A DNA stretch of 64,000 nt. Source: Bacteroidia bacterium (GTDB lineage Bacteria > Bacteroidota > Bacteroidia > Bacteroidales > GCA-2748055). A program made the position numbers and the translations under genes. Shown piece by piece: positions 56,982 to 64,000 of the stretch. A model generated the notes under the pieces. That model searched no databases, was not told the origin of the DNA, and was given only the letters and a program-made list of their open reading frames with translations. The stretch is taken from positions 847-64,846 of the forward strand of contig DAOWDN010000057.1 in NCBI GenBank assembly GCA_030639005.1, read 5' to 3'. The first letter of the stretch is position 1. Each line of letters starts with the position of its first letter.

Positions 56982-57128
56982 ATTTGGATTCTTTTATATT
57001 TAATAATCATTTTGTTAATCGCACTTTAACATTCGGAGAACAAAAATAAGTGTGAAAATGGGCAATCAAAAGAAATGGGGGGTTAAAAAATGTTAATAAA
57101 AGGGTAAATTACCAGTCCATTAAACATT

Positions 57129-57908
57129 GTGTCGAGGTATTTTATCCATATGGCCTACGATGGTACCGATTATTGCGGCTGGCAGATCCAGCCCAATGAG
57201 AAGAGTGTTCAGCAGGTGGTGGAGCACGCCCTCACAACGATTCTTCGTCAGGAGATCTCCGTCACAGGGGCCGGACGAACCGATACAGGTGTGCATGCTT
57301 CTTACTTTATCGCCCATTTTGATGTGGAGGAGACTCCTGGCTCAGCTTCTGCCTCTGTCGCCGATCCCGCGTCCGGACAGCTGGTTTTTAAGATAAACCG
57401 ACTCCTCCCCCCCGACATTGTAGTCTATAAGATACACCCTGTTTCGGCAGATATGCACGCCAGGTTCTCGGCCACCTGGAGAACCTATAACTACCACATC
57501 TCCACCATCAAACCACTCTTTAAAAGGAATTACAGTCACCATGTCTATGGTCCGCTCGACGTAGATGCCATCCATGAGTGCTGTAAAGTTATTCTGGAAA
57601 CCACCGACTTTACAAGCTTTGCCAAACTGCATACCGATGTAAAAACAAACGTTTGCAGGGTGATGCATGCCCATTGGAAAGAGGTGGACCAGGGATATAT
57701 GTTCGAGATAAAAGCGGACCGGTTCCTCCGGAACATGGTGCGTTCGCTCACAGGTACCCTGCTGGATGTGGGCCAGGGAAAGCTCGATGTACAGAGCTTT
57801 AAGGAAATAGTGGAAGCCAAGGACCGCAGAAGAGCTGGTCAGTCAGCCCCGGCCAAAGGACTCTTCCTGGTCCATATCGGGTATGCAAACCTGCCATGGC
57901 AGGACTAA
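57129..57908 (+). CDS. truA: tRNA pseudouridine(38-40) synthase
   Basis: YFIHMAYDGTDYCGWQIQPN and GAGRTDTGVHA (catalytic Asp). The start codon is GTG. Confidence 0.92.
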   Translation: MSRYFIHMAYDGTDYCGWQIQPNEKSVQQVVEHALTTILRQEISVTGAGRTDTGVHASYFIAHFDVEETPGSASASVADPASGQLVFKINRLLPPDIVVYKIHPVSADMHARFSATWRTYNYHISTIKPLFKRNYSHHVYGPLDVDAIHECCKVILETTDFTSFAKLHTDVKTNVCRVMHAHWKEVDQGYMFEIKADRFLRNMVRSLTGTLLDVGQGKLDVQSFKEIVEAKDRRRAGQSAPAKGLFLVHIGYANLPWQD

Positions 57909-58639
57909 TCCCTTACCATCCTGGCCCTGATGATCTCCTTCCCATCTCCCTTCCTGGTAGCCAGGAACCGGGTTTCCTCCCCAGAAAGATCGTGTCCCCT
58001 GATCTCTACCTTGTCACCAAACAGCGCCTCATGATTGAAGTTGATCTCAAATTCCCGGATCTCCCGCTCGGGATTGCTGCTTGCAATTACTGAATCGATG
58101 CACCACTCCATGTACTTGACATTGTTCACATGACCGATGATGTCCAGGTCCGAAAAAACCACAGAATGGTGACTCAATACCCTGGTTTCATCAGGCACAT
58201 CGATCTTGTCCAGGGGATAAGCAAACACCTGTTCGGGATGAACAATCAGTTTGAAATGTTCCAGCGCCTCTTTGGGGCGGATTAGCCGGTGGGTTTCGAT
58301 ATTGAGGATCAGCCAGGCAGTGGAGGCCATACCAATCACTTTACCCTCGCTGTTTCTAATCCTGAAATCCCTTAGGGCAAAAAGCTTATCCACCCCGCTT
58401 GGCCATGTCTCCATGGCGATCCGGTCGTCCCAAACCGGGTAGCTATCCATCCGTATACGCATCCTTGAAAGCACCCAGGTAGTCTGCCTGGCCTTCATAT
58501 CGTCGTACCCGAAACCAAGTTTACTGGCATGGTGATAGGCCAGTTCCTGGAAGAAATTGGCCATGGTGGTCAGCCTGGCCTTCCCCTTTGGATTCAGATC
58601 ATAGGATGAGATAGAAAACTCCTTCGAAAAAAGATTCAT
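57905..58639 (-). CDS. Acyl-ACP thioesterase
   Basis: 244 aa double hot-dog pattern. The start (FSISSYDLNPKGKARLTTMANFFQELA) and the later DLDIIGHVNNVKY are typical of FatA/B-like thioesterases. Confidence 0.8.
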   Translation of the reverse strand: MNLFSKEFSISSYDLNPKGKARLTTMANFFQELAYHHASKLGFGYDDMKARQTTWVLSRMRIRMDSYPVWDDRIAMETWPSGVDKLFALRDFRIRNSEGKVIGMASTAWLILNIETHRLIRPKEALEHFKLIVHPEQVFAYPLDKIDVPDETRVLSHHSVVFSDLDIIGHVNNVKYMEWCIDSVIASSNPEREIREFEINFNHEALFGDKVEIRGHDLSGEETRFLATRKGDGKEIIRARMVRD

Positions 58640-58644
58640 AATGA

Positions 58645-59373
58645 TTATCTGATTATCTGATAGTTAAACGCGGAAAGAAGTTCTTTGTCAAGCAGATGTT
58701 GAATCACGCTTTTCTCCTGATCACTTATTAAATCGAGGTAATTTTTTTCTTTATAGAAAGCCGCTCTGACTGCAGTAAATTTTTTACTCATCAGAACTTT
58801 TTCAGGCTGAATAATTACCTCTGAAGATCTTTCAAGATTGAATTTGTCTCCTATTCTGTTTAATGATAAGTTAAGATCACCAATTAAATCTTCATATTTT
58901 ACCATGATTACCTCACCGGGTGCCTCCAAAGAAAAATCAAACCACTTTCGATAAAACAGATTATAGTCAAAAATATAATGGGAGTTCAAAGATTTCTTTA
59001 AGTAGATGTACTTGTTCTTTTTTGCATGCTTCTTATAACTTACATACCAGCAGTACGGATCTTTGATGGTGACAATAAAAACTCCTATTTCCCGACCCGC
59101 AATCTGCTCAACATGCTTCTTGAAATCTCTAAAACCTTTGTAAGTAAAACTGTTCAAGTATCTGACATCCGGAATAAGTGATTTTTCATCATATAACCTG
59201 AAATGTTTATGTGTGGGCAGACACCTGAAATGGTGGTTGTAACAAAATCGAATATTTTGAAAATTCTGAAGTAGTACCTGTTGAGTAAAATTGCTTCCTG
59301 TTCTTTGCATGCCATATAGAAGGGCAGCCTTCTCTTCTTCAACGGCATTTGTAATCGGTTTCTTCATATTCAC
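58645..59373 (-). CDS. Sulfotransferase-like protein (AT-rich gene)
   Basis: The N-terminal segment LLYGMQRTGSNF resembles the PAPS 5'-phosphosulfate-binding loop. Hand counts give about 30-37% GC, against about 50% in the neighbouring thioesterase gene. Confidence 0.5.
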   Translation of the reverse strand: MNMKKPITNAVEEEKAALLYGMQRTGSNFTQQVLLQNFQNIRFCYNHHFRCLPTHKHFRLYDEKSLIPDVRYLNSFTYKGFRDFKKHVEQIAGREIGVFIVTIKDPYCWYVSYKKHAKKNKYIYLKKSLNSHYIFDYNLFYRKWFDFSLEAPGEVIMVKYEDLIGDLNLSLNRIGDKFNLERSSEVIIQPEKVLMSKKFTAVRAAFYKEKNYLDLISDQEKSVIQHLLDKELLSAFNYQIIR

Positions 59374-59382
59374 TGTTTGCGA

Positions 59383-60147
59383 TTAATAAGCATTCCAAAT
59401 CTCCCACGATGCCTCGGCCTGGTAAATCAACATATCATATCCATTGATAATTTCAGCCCCCCGCTCCTCTCCCATGGCCAGGAACCGTGTTTTTCCCGGA
59501 TTGTATACCAGGTCAAACAACAGGTGACCGGAAGTCAGCTCTCCATAAGGAATCGCAGGAAAGGTATCTTCATGCGGATGCATCCCCAATGGCGTGGTGT
59601 TGATGATCAGGGAATTTCCGGCAACCATCCCCTCATCAAGATCCTCATACAATATCCTGCCCTCTCCGGCAGACCGGCTTACCATGGTATATTCGATTCC
59701 AAGCTGCTCCAGCACAAAGGTCACAGCTTTTGAAGATCCGCCCGTTCCCAGAACCAGGGCAGATGAATGTTGTTTCTTCAGATGTTCCTCCAGGGATCGC
59801 CGGAAACCAGTTACATCGGTATTATCACCTTTTAGCTCCAGCTGATGGCCTCCTCTCAGGAAGGAGATAGTATTGACTGCCTCTATCTTTCCAGCGGTTT
59901 CACTCAGGGTATCGAGGTATGGAATGACCTTCTGTTTGTAAGGAACAGTCACATTCAGACCCGCAAGCTTCTCTTCCTTTTTCACCAATACCTCAAACCC
60001 GGAAATATTCTCCAGTGGAAAATTCCTGTATTCTGCTTCAATTCTCTCCCTGGCAAACTTTTCAGTGAAGTAGGGAACCGAAAAACTGTGTCCCAGGGGA
60101 AACCCGATAAGTCCATAAAGTCTAAAGCCAGTTAAGTCGAAAGTCAA
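59383..60147 (-). CDS. aroE: Shikimate dehydrogenase
   Basis: The motifs are YGLIGFPLGHSFSVPYF, LNVTVPYK and GTGGSSKAV. The listed TTG start lies inside the heptamer array, so the exact start is uncertain. Confidence 0.88.
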   Translation of the reverse strand: MTFDLTGFRLYGLIGFPLGHSFSVPYFTEKFARERIEAEYRNFPLENISGFEVLVKKEEKLAGLNVTVPYKQKVIPYLDTLSETAGKIEAVNTISFLRGGHQLELKGDNTDVTGFRRSLEEHLKKQHSSALVLGTGGSSKAVTFVLEQLGIEYTMVSRSAGEGRILYEDLDEGMVAGNSLIINTTPLGMHPHEDTFPAIPYGELTSGHLLFDLVYNPGKTRFLAMGEERGAEIINGYDMLIYQAEASWEIWNAY

Positions 60148-60217
60148 AAGTCAAAAGTTAAAAGCGAAGATAAGTCTAAAGTCTAAAGTCGAAAGTAAAA
60201 GTCTGTTAAGTGGAAAG
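60111..60217 (+). repeat. Largest tandem heptamer array (GTCNAAA family), about 14 units with a few interrupted units
   Basis: The sequence is ...GTCTAAA GCCAGTTAA GTCGAAA GTCAAAA GTCAAAA GTTAAAA GCGAAGATAA GTCTAAA GTCTAAA GTCGAAA GTAAAA GTCTGTTAA GTGGAAAG. It is the same unit family as at 18013, 20971 and 23961. Confidence 0.9.
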
Positions 60218-60232
60218 GTAATACTTCTGATT

Positions 60233-61216
60233 TTAATGCTCACGGTTTTTTGTAAGGATGAGCTCGATAAGCAGGATCATACCGATACCTGCAGCCATCA
60301 TCAGTAGTGCCATCCAGAAATGGTCATCAACCGCGCCCGGTACCGGTAGTATATTATTTTCCACCAGGGGTTTAATCTCACCTTCAACCACAATAGTTTG
60401 AAGGGTCTCCTTCCATGGCCATATCTTGTTCAGTGAGCCAATCATAAACCCCACAAGCACAGCAATGGTTATATCGTGGTATTTCTTAAGCAGCCAGGAG
60501 AGCAGGTTGGCAAACAGGATCAGTCCGGCCACCGCTCCCACCCCAAGCAGCAACAGGTCCAGAATTATTCTCTCGTTCACAGCATGTAGAGCAAAGGAGT
60601 ATTTTCCCAGGAGCAGCAGAATAAAACTACCTGATATCCCCGGCAGGATCATGGCACAACTTGCAAGTCCCCCCGAGAGAATCACAAACCAGGATGCATC
60701 GGTGGTGGTTGTGGGAGTAACACTGGTAATGTAGAATGCGATACCAATCCCACCGACCAGTGCCACAACTTTTGGATACTTCCAATGGGTAATTTTGCGT
60801 GAAACCACATAGGATGAGGCCAGAACCAGTCCGAAAAAAAAGGACCAGATCATCACCGGCTGATGCTCCAGCAGATACTCAAGTGCTCTGGCCAGGGATA
60901 ATACCGAAATAAAGATTCCTGAAAATACAGCCAGCAGGAAATTACCGTTGATCTTTTTCCAGAAAGATTTCCACCGGCCTGTGAAAAACAGCCTGGCAGC
61001 ATCCAGGTCGATGCTTTTGATTGAGTTAATCAGCTCTTCGTAGATCCCGGTAATAAATGCGATGGTGCCTCCCGATACACCCGGCACCACATCTGCTGCA
61101 CCCATCCCCATGCCTCTCAGAGCAACGAACAAGTATCTTTTCAGAGTTCCTTTCAAACCGTTACTGTTTCCTTGAATGAAACTCTTCGGGAAGCACATCG
61201 AAAAATGTATCTCCAC
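60233..61216 (-). CDS. DUF368 family membrane protein
   Basis: GMGAADVVPGVSGGTIAFITGIYEEL is the DUF368 signature, and there are multiple TM segments. The real start is probably downstream of 61216, because the listed ORF overlaps comA by 56 nt. Confidence 0.85.
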   Translation of the reverse strand: MEIHFSMCFPKSFIQGNSNGLKGTLKRYLFVALRGMGMGAADVVPGVSGGTIAFITGIYEELINSIKSIDLDAARLFFTGRWKSFWKKINGNFLLAVFSGIFISVLSLARALEYLLEHQPVMIWSFFFGLVLASSYVVSRKITHWKYPKVVALVGGIGIAFYITSVTPTTTTDASWFVILSGGLASCAMILPGISGSFILLLLGKYSFALHAVNERIILDLLLLGVGAVAGLILFANLLSWLLKKYHDITIAVLVGFMIGSLNKIWPWKETLQTIVVEGEIKPLVENNILPVPGAVDDHFWMALLMMAAGIGMILLIELILTKNREH

Positions 61217-61943
61217 GCATGCCGCATCGGGGGGCCTCCAGTGAAACTACCTCGTGGGGGGCAATGTTCCCAAGATTAACATTGGCTCCCAGCAGTTTAA
61301 TAAACATGGTTTGCTGAGCCTTGTTGGGAGCCTCCCACAATACATCATCTACAGAGATTGCCTTCACAATATCGTCGATCAGTTCCTGGTTGGCCGAGCC
61401 GTCTGAATCGTAGATCCCGATGGTGCCGCTCTCTCTGGCCTCTGCGATTACCTTCCAGGATCCTGTTTCAAGTTCGGTTTTCATCTGAGTCACCCAGACC
61501 TCGTTGGACATTTCAACTCCTTTCACCTTGCTTCCTATCTCTGAAAGCACCTGAAAATCCTTAGCAAGAGTTGCTATACACTCCAGCTTCTCGTTGTGAT
61601 CCATCCTGATGGTTCCGTCGGAGACCTCTACATTGTGCAGTCCCGATTCATCCACAAACCGCCTGAAGGCATCAAATTCGCCTCTTACATAGAACATCTC
61701 AAAAAGTGTTCCCCCGAAATAGGGTTTCAGTCCGGCAGATTTATACAACTTCACTTTCTCTTTCAGGTCCCTGGTGATGAGTGCGGTTCCGAATCCAAAC
61801 TTCACCAGATCGGTGTAGGGAGCACTGGATTCAATAAAGTGTCCGGCCTCTTTCAGGCTTAGCCCTTTGTCCATCATCATGGTCAGACCGACCTCCCGTT
61901 CACCCGAAGTTCTTTCAGGAATATGGCTCAATGGAAAATTCAT
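61161..61943 (-). CDS. comA: Phosphosulfolactate synthase (ComA family)
   Basis: 260 aa. The segment REVGLTMMMDKGLSLKEAGHFIESSAPYTDLVKFGFGTALI is typical of (2R)-phospho-3-sulfolactate synthases. Confidence 0.8.
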   Translation of the reverse strand: MNFPLSHIPERTSGEREVGLTMMMDKGLSLKEAGHFIESSAPYTDLVKFGFGTALITRDLKEKVKLYKSAGLKPYFGGTLFEMFYVRGEFDAFRRFVDESGLHNVEVSDGTIRMDHNEKLECIATLAKDFQVLSEIGSKVKGVEMSNEVWVTQMKTELETGSWKVIAEARESGTIGIYDSDGSANQELIDDIVKAISVDDVLWEAPNKAQQTMFIKLLGANVNLGNIAPHEVVSLEAPRCGMRGDTFFDVLPEEFHSRKQ

Positions 61944-61949
61944 ATGGAG

Positions 61950-63359
61950 TTATTTTTTAAACTGTTGTATAATGCTTTCAATATCAGCGTCTCGTTTGCC
62001 TTCGGGAAAATAGTACCCGAATTCGGAATCCAGGTCGCTGTTCGCTGCAAGCGCCTCCTCAAGAAACTTCACTGATAGCTCCTTCTTCCCCATTTTCAGA
62101 TGGCAGACGGCCATCTTAATTTTGATACCCGCATCAGCAGCGTGGTGTATAAATGCTTCCCGCAGGAAATCAATCGCCTTCTCATAATGGCCCTCTTTCA
62201 TCAGCAGACCGGTAAGGGCAAGCCATCCATCCAGGTCATTTGCATCTGCACGGGTCACATACCCGTAACATTTAACAGCCTCCTCAATGAGTCCTGCATC
62301 TTCGTTTGCATAACCCAGGTTGAGCCAGTAATCGAGGTTGTTGTTATCAAATTCAATGGCTTTCAGGATATAGGTAATTGCTTCCTGCTGGCTTCCCAGG
62401 CGGTGGTAAATCATTCCTGCCCCAAACCACCCTTCGGGATCTGAGTTATCCAGCTCAATCACTTTCTTAAATGCATCCAGTGCATCATCGAGCCGGTTCA
62501 TCTGCTCATAGCAGTCACCCATGTAGCAATAAGCCTGTGTGCTTTCAGACTCAACCTCCAGAAACTCCTTATAAGTGTCAATAGCCCTGTCAAAGTTCCC
62601 GGCATTCACCCAGACACTTGCCTTGTTGAAATATGCCGATGCGTAGTCGGGATTTATGACTATTGAGAAGTCGTAAGCTTCCACAGCTTTTTCGAACTGT
62701 TCAAGCTTGTGATATACAATCCCCATGTTGTACCATACATTGTCTGAATAGGGATCGAGATCGAGGTACAACTGGTAATATTTCAAACTCTCGTCGAAGC
62801 GGTGGAGCCGGTCGTAAAAATAGCCCAAATCATATAAAACAGACAGATTTTCGGGATACTGCCGGTATGCCTGAATCAGATATTTGATGGCCTGCTCGAA
62901 ATGGCGGACGTTCTCAAAAGCAATGGAAATATTAATCAGCGCCTCAAAAGTGTCATCACCGGAGAGCTCCAGTCCCCTGTCGAATTGTGCCTCCGCCTCC
63001 TTCAGTTTCCCGGTAAGACAGAGTGCCGTTCCCTTTAAGAAGTAGCGCTCAGGATTGTTCTCTTCCCACACCGGGATATCCTCCAGAAGGGCGAGCGCTT
63101 TTTTCGGTTGTCCCTGTTCAATATAAATATGAATAAACTTGTATTTGATCTCCACCGAGGCCGGATGCTGCTTCTTTCCAATATCAGCTGCTTCCCTGGC
63201 CTCATCATACTGAAAATCATCCAGGTAGTAATCAATGATCTGCTCAAACTCCTCCACATCAAAGAAAATGGACTGAGAACCGCTCCTCATATCCTCATAT
63301 TTCCTCAAAAGTACCTGGAACTCTTCATTTTCAAATACTTGTTCCCTGTTCTCACTCAT
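61950..63359 (-). CDS. Tetratricopeptide repeat protein
   Basis: 469 aa with about 10 TPR-like units (for example AYFNKASVWVNAGNFDRAIDTYKEFLEVE). No signal peptide. Confidence 0.85.
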   Translation of the reverse strand: MSENREQVFENEEFQVLLRKYEDMRSGSQSIFFDVEEFEQIIDYYLDDFQYDEAREAADIGKKQHPASVEIKYKFIHIYIEQGQPKKALALLEDIPVWEENNPERYFLKGTALCLTGKLKEAEAQFDRGLELSGDDTFEALINISIAFENVRHFEQAIKYLIQAYRQYPENLSVLYDLGYFYDRLHRFDESLKYYQLYLDLDPYSDNVWYNMGIVYHKLEQFEKAVEAYDFSIVINPDYASAYFNKASVWVNAGNFDRAIDTYKEFLEVESESTQAYCYMGDCYEQMNRLDDALDAFKKVIELDNSDPEGWFGAGMIYHRLGSQQEAITYILKAIEFDNNNLDYWLNLGYANEDAGLIEEAVKCYGYVTRADANDLDGWLALTGLLMKEGHYEKAIDFLREAFIHHAADAGIKIKMAVCHLKMGKKELSVKFLEEALAANSDLDSEFGYYFPEGKRDADIESIIQQFKK

Positions 63360-63574
63360 CTATTTCCACAATTTGAAGATGTAAAGATAATTGATATTTG
63401 TAAGATATATAAATATGCCCCCACCGGTCCGATCCACTCTCTTATAGATATCAACTTTATATTAAGATTTTCGCCCGCTGTGACCTATCTGCAGCCAGCT
63501 TACCACATCAATGAATAGGAACAAAAGTAATAGATCATATAAAACAGAGGGGTTCCAGAAACCTGTCCCGGGCC

Positions 63575-64000
63575 ATGATGAATGCCATATCCATACAGCT
63601 TCCTTCCGGATATCTTGAATTGCTGCGTCGAAAAAGATACAGTCAGAGCACAATAACCACCTATACTATCTACTTTCTCGAATTCATGAAATATCATAGA
63701 ACTGAGGATCTTGATGCCATCACTTATCAACAAATAAATGACTATATACTTGAATTGATCCAACACAAAAAAATTTCGATAAGTCAGCAAAACCAGCGGA
63801 TCAATGCTATCAAATTCTACTACGAGAAGGTACTGGGCCGCAGAAAGCAATACATCAGAATCAGCAGGCCAAGGAAAGAATCAAAACTTCCAACTGTGCT
63901 CACCCTTGAGGAGGTGGAAAAGATTCTTCAACTCACAAAGAATCTTAAACACAAATGCATACTGATGACCATCTATTCAGGCGGACTCCGCAGAAGTGAG
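63575..64000 (+). CDS. Tyrosine-type site-specific recombinase/integrase, N-terminal part (3' end outside window)
   Basis: My own translation from ATG 63575 is open to the window edge (142 codons). It reads MMNAISIQLPSGYLELLRRKRYSQSTITTYTIYFLEFMKYH...INAIKFYYEKVLGRRK...LPTVLTLEEVEKIL...KCILMTIYSGGLRRSE. It shows a SAM-like N-domain and then the first catalytic Arg box. It is absent from the ORF track because no stop is reached. Confidence 0.8.
   Translation, partial: MMNAISIQLPSGYLELLRRKRYSQSTITTYTIYFLEFMKYHRTEDLDAITYQQINDYILELIQHKKISISQQNQRINAIKFYYEKVLGRRKQYIRISRPRKESKLPTVLTLEEVEKILQLTKNLKHKCILMTIYSGGLRRSE

Noticed and set aside
63462-63850. Minus-strand ORFs 63462..63653 (63 aa) and 63500..63850 (116 aa).
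   Set aside because: They are antisense to the plus-strand tyrosine recombinase frame, which has clear family motifs and remains open to the window edge.

Overview
This is a gene-dense 64-kb chromosomal segment with about 58 protein genes, mostly on the minus strand after 5 kb. It looks like a Bacteroidota genome. The pointers are a MoxR-DUF58-BatA..E aerotolerance operon, a TonB-dependent receptor + DUF4249 pair, TAnnTTTG -7 promoter motifs, and an XRE-HTH/S24 LexA-like repressor. Most of the content is housekeeping: leuA, flavodoxin, 2-oxoacid dehydrogenase E1/E2, RelA/SpoT, rarA, kdsA, queA, prfC, truA, aroE, cstA and RNase P RNA (minus strand, 34268-34596). Ten things deserve a second look. 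(1) A roughly 420-nt hairpin-rich candidate ncRNA of unrecognised class sits in a 630-bp ORF-free gap at 16.65-17.09 kb, downstream of an SRAP gene. (2) A DNA-damage module (SRAP, Lon-N protein, LexA-like repressor, catalytically intact Pol IV, DnaE2) has junctions filled by tandem heptamer arrays (GTCNAAA)n. A fourth, larger array lies at 60.1 kb. (3) A BlaI/BlaR1-like pair has a clear double operator. Its 'sensor' domain is replaced by acidic EIDWD 20-aa repeats. It is followed by a secreted, very basic protein carrying near-perfect 51-bp tandem repeats. (4) There is an AmmeMemoRadiSam triad. (5) Two AT-rich single-gene inserts are present, an orphan 311-aa protein and a sulfotransferase-like gene. 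(6) A COG1900/NIL-ferredoxin/UPF0280 homocysteine-type cluster is fused onto the Bat operon and cstA. (7) Between blaR1 and the repeat-protein gene there is a candidate promoter with an intrinsic terminator about 65 nt further on, either a small RNA or an attenuating leader. (8) A perfect 11-bp hairpin holds the dinB stop codon in its loop. (9) A GAF gene and a receiver-domain gene converge with a 49-nt overlap. (10) A tyrosine recombinase gene runs off the right edge. I recognised no rRNA, tRNA, CRISPR array or transposase by eye. All family names come from motif recognition in the supplied translations, not from database searches.
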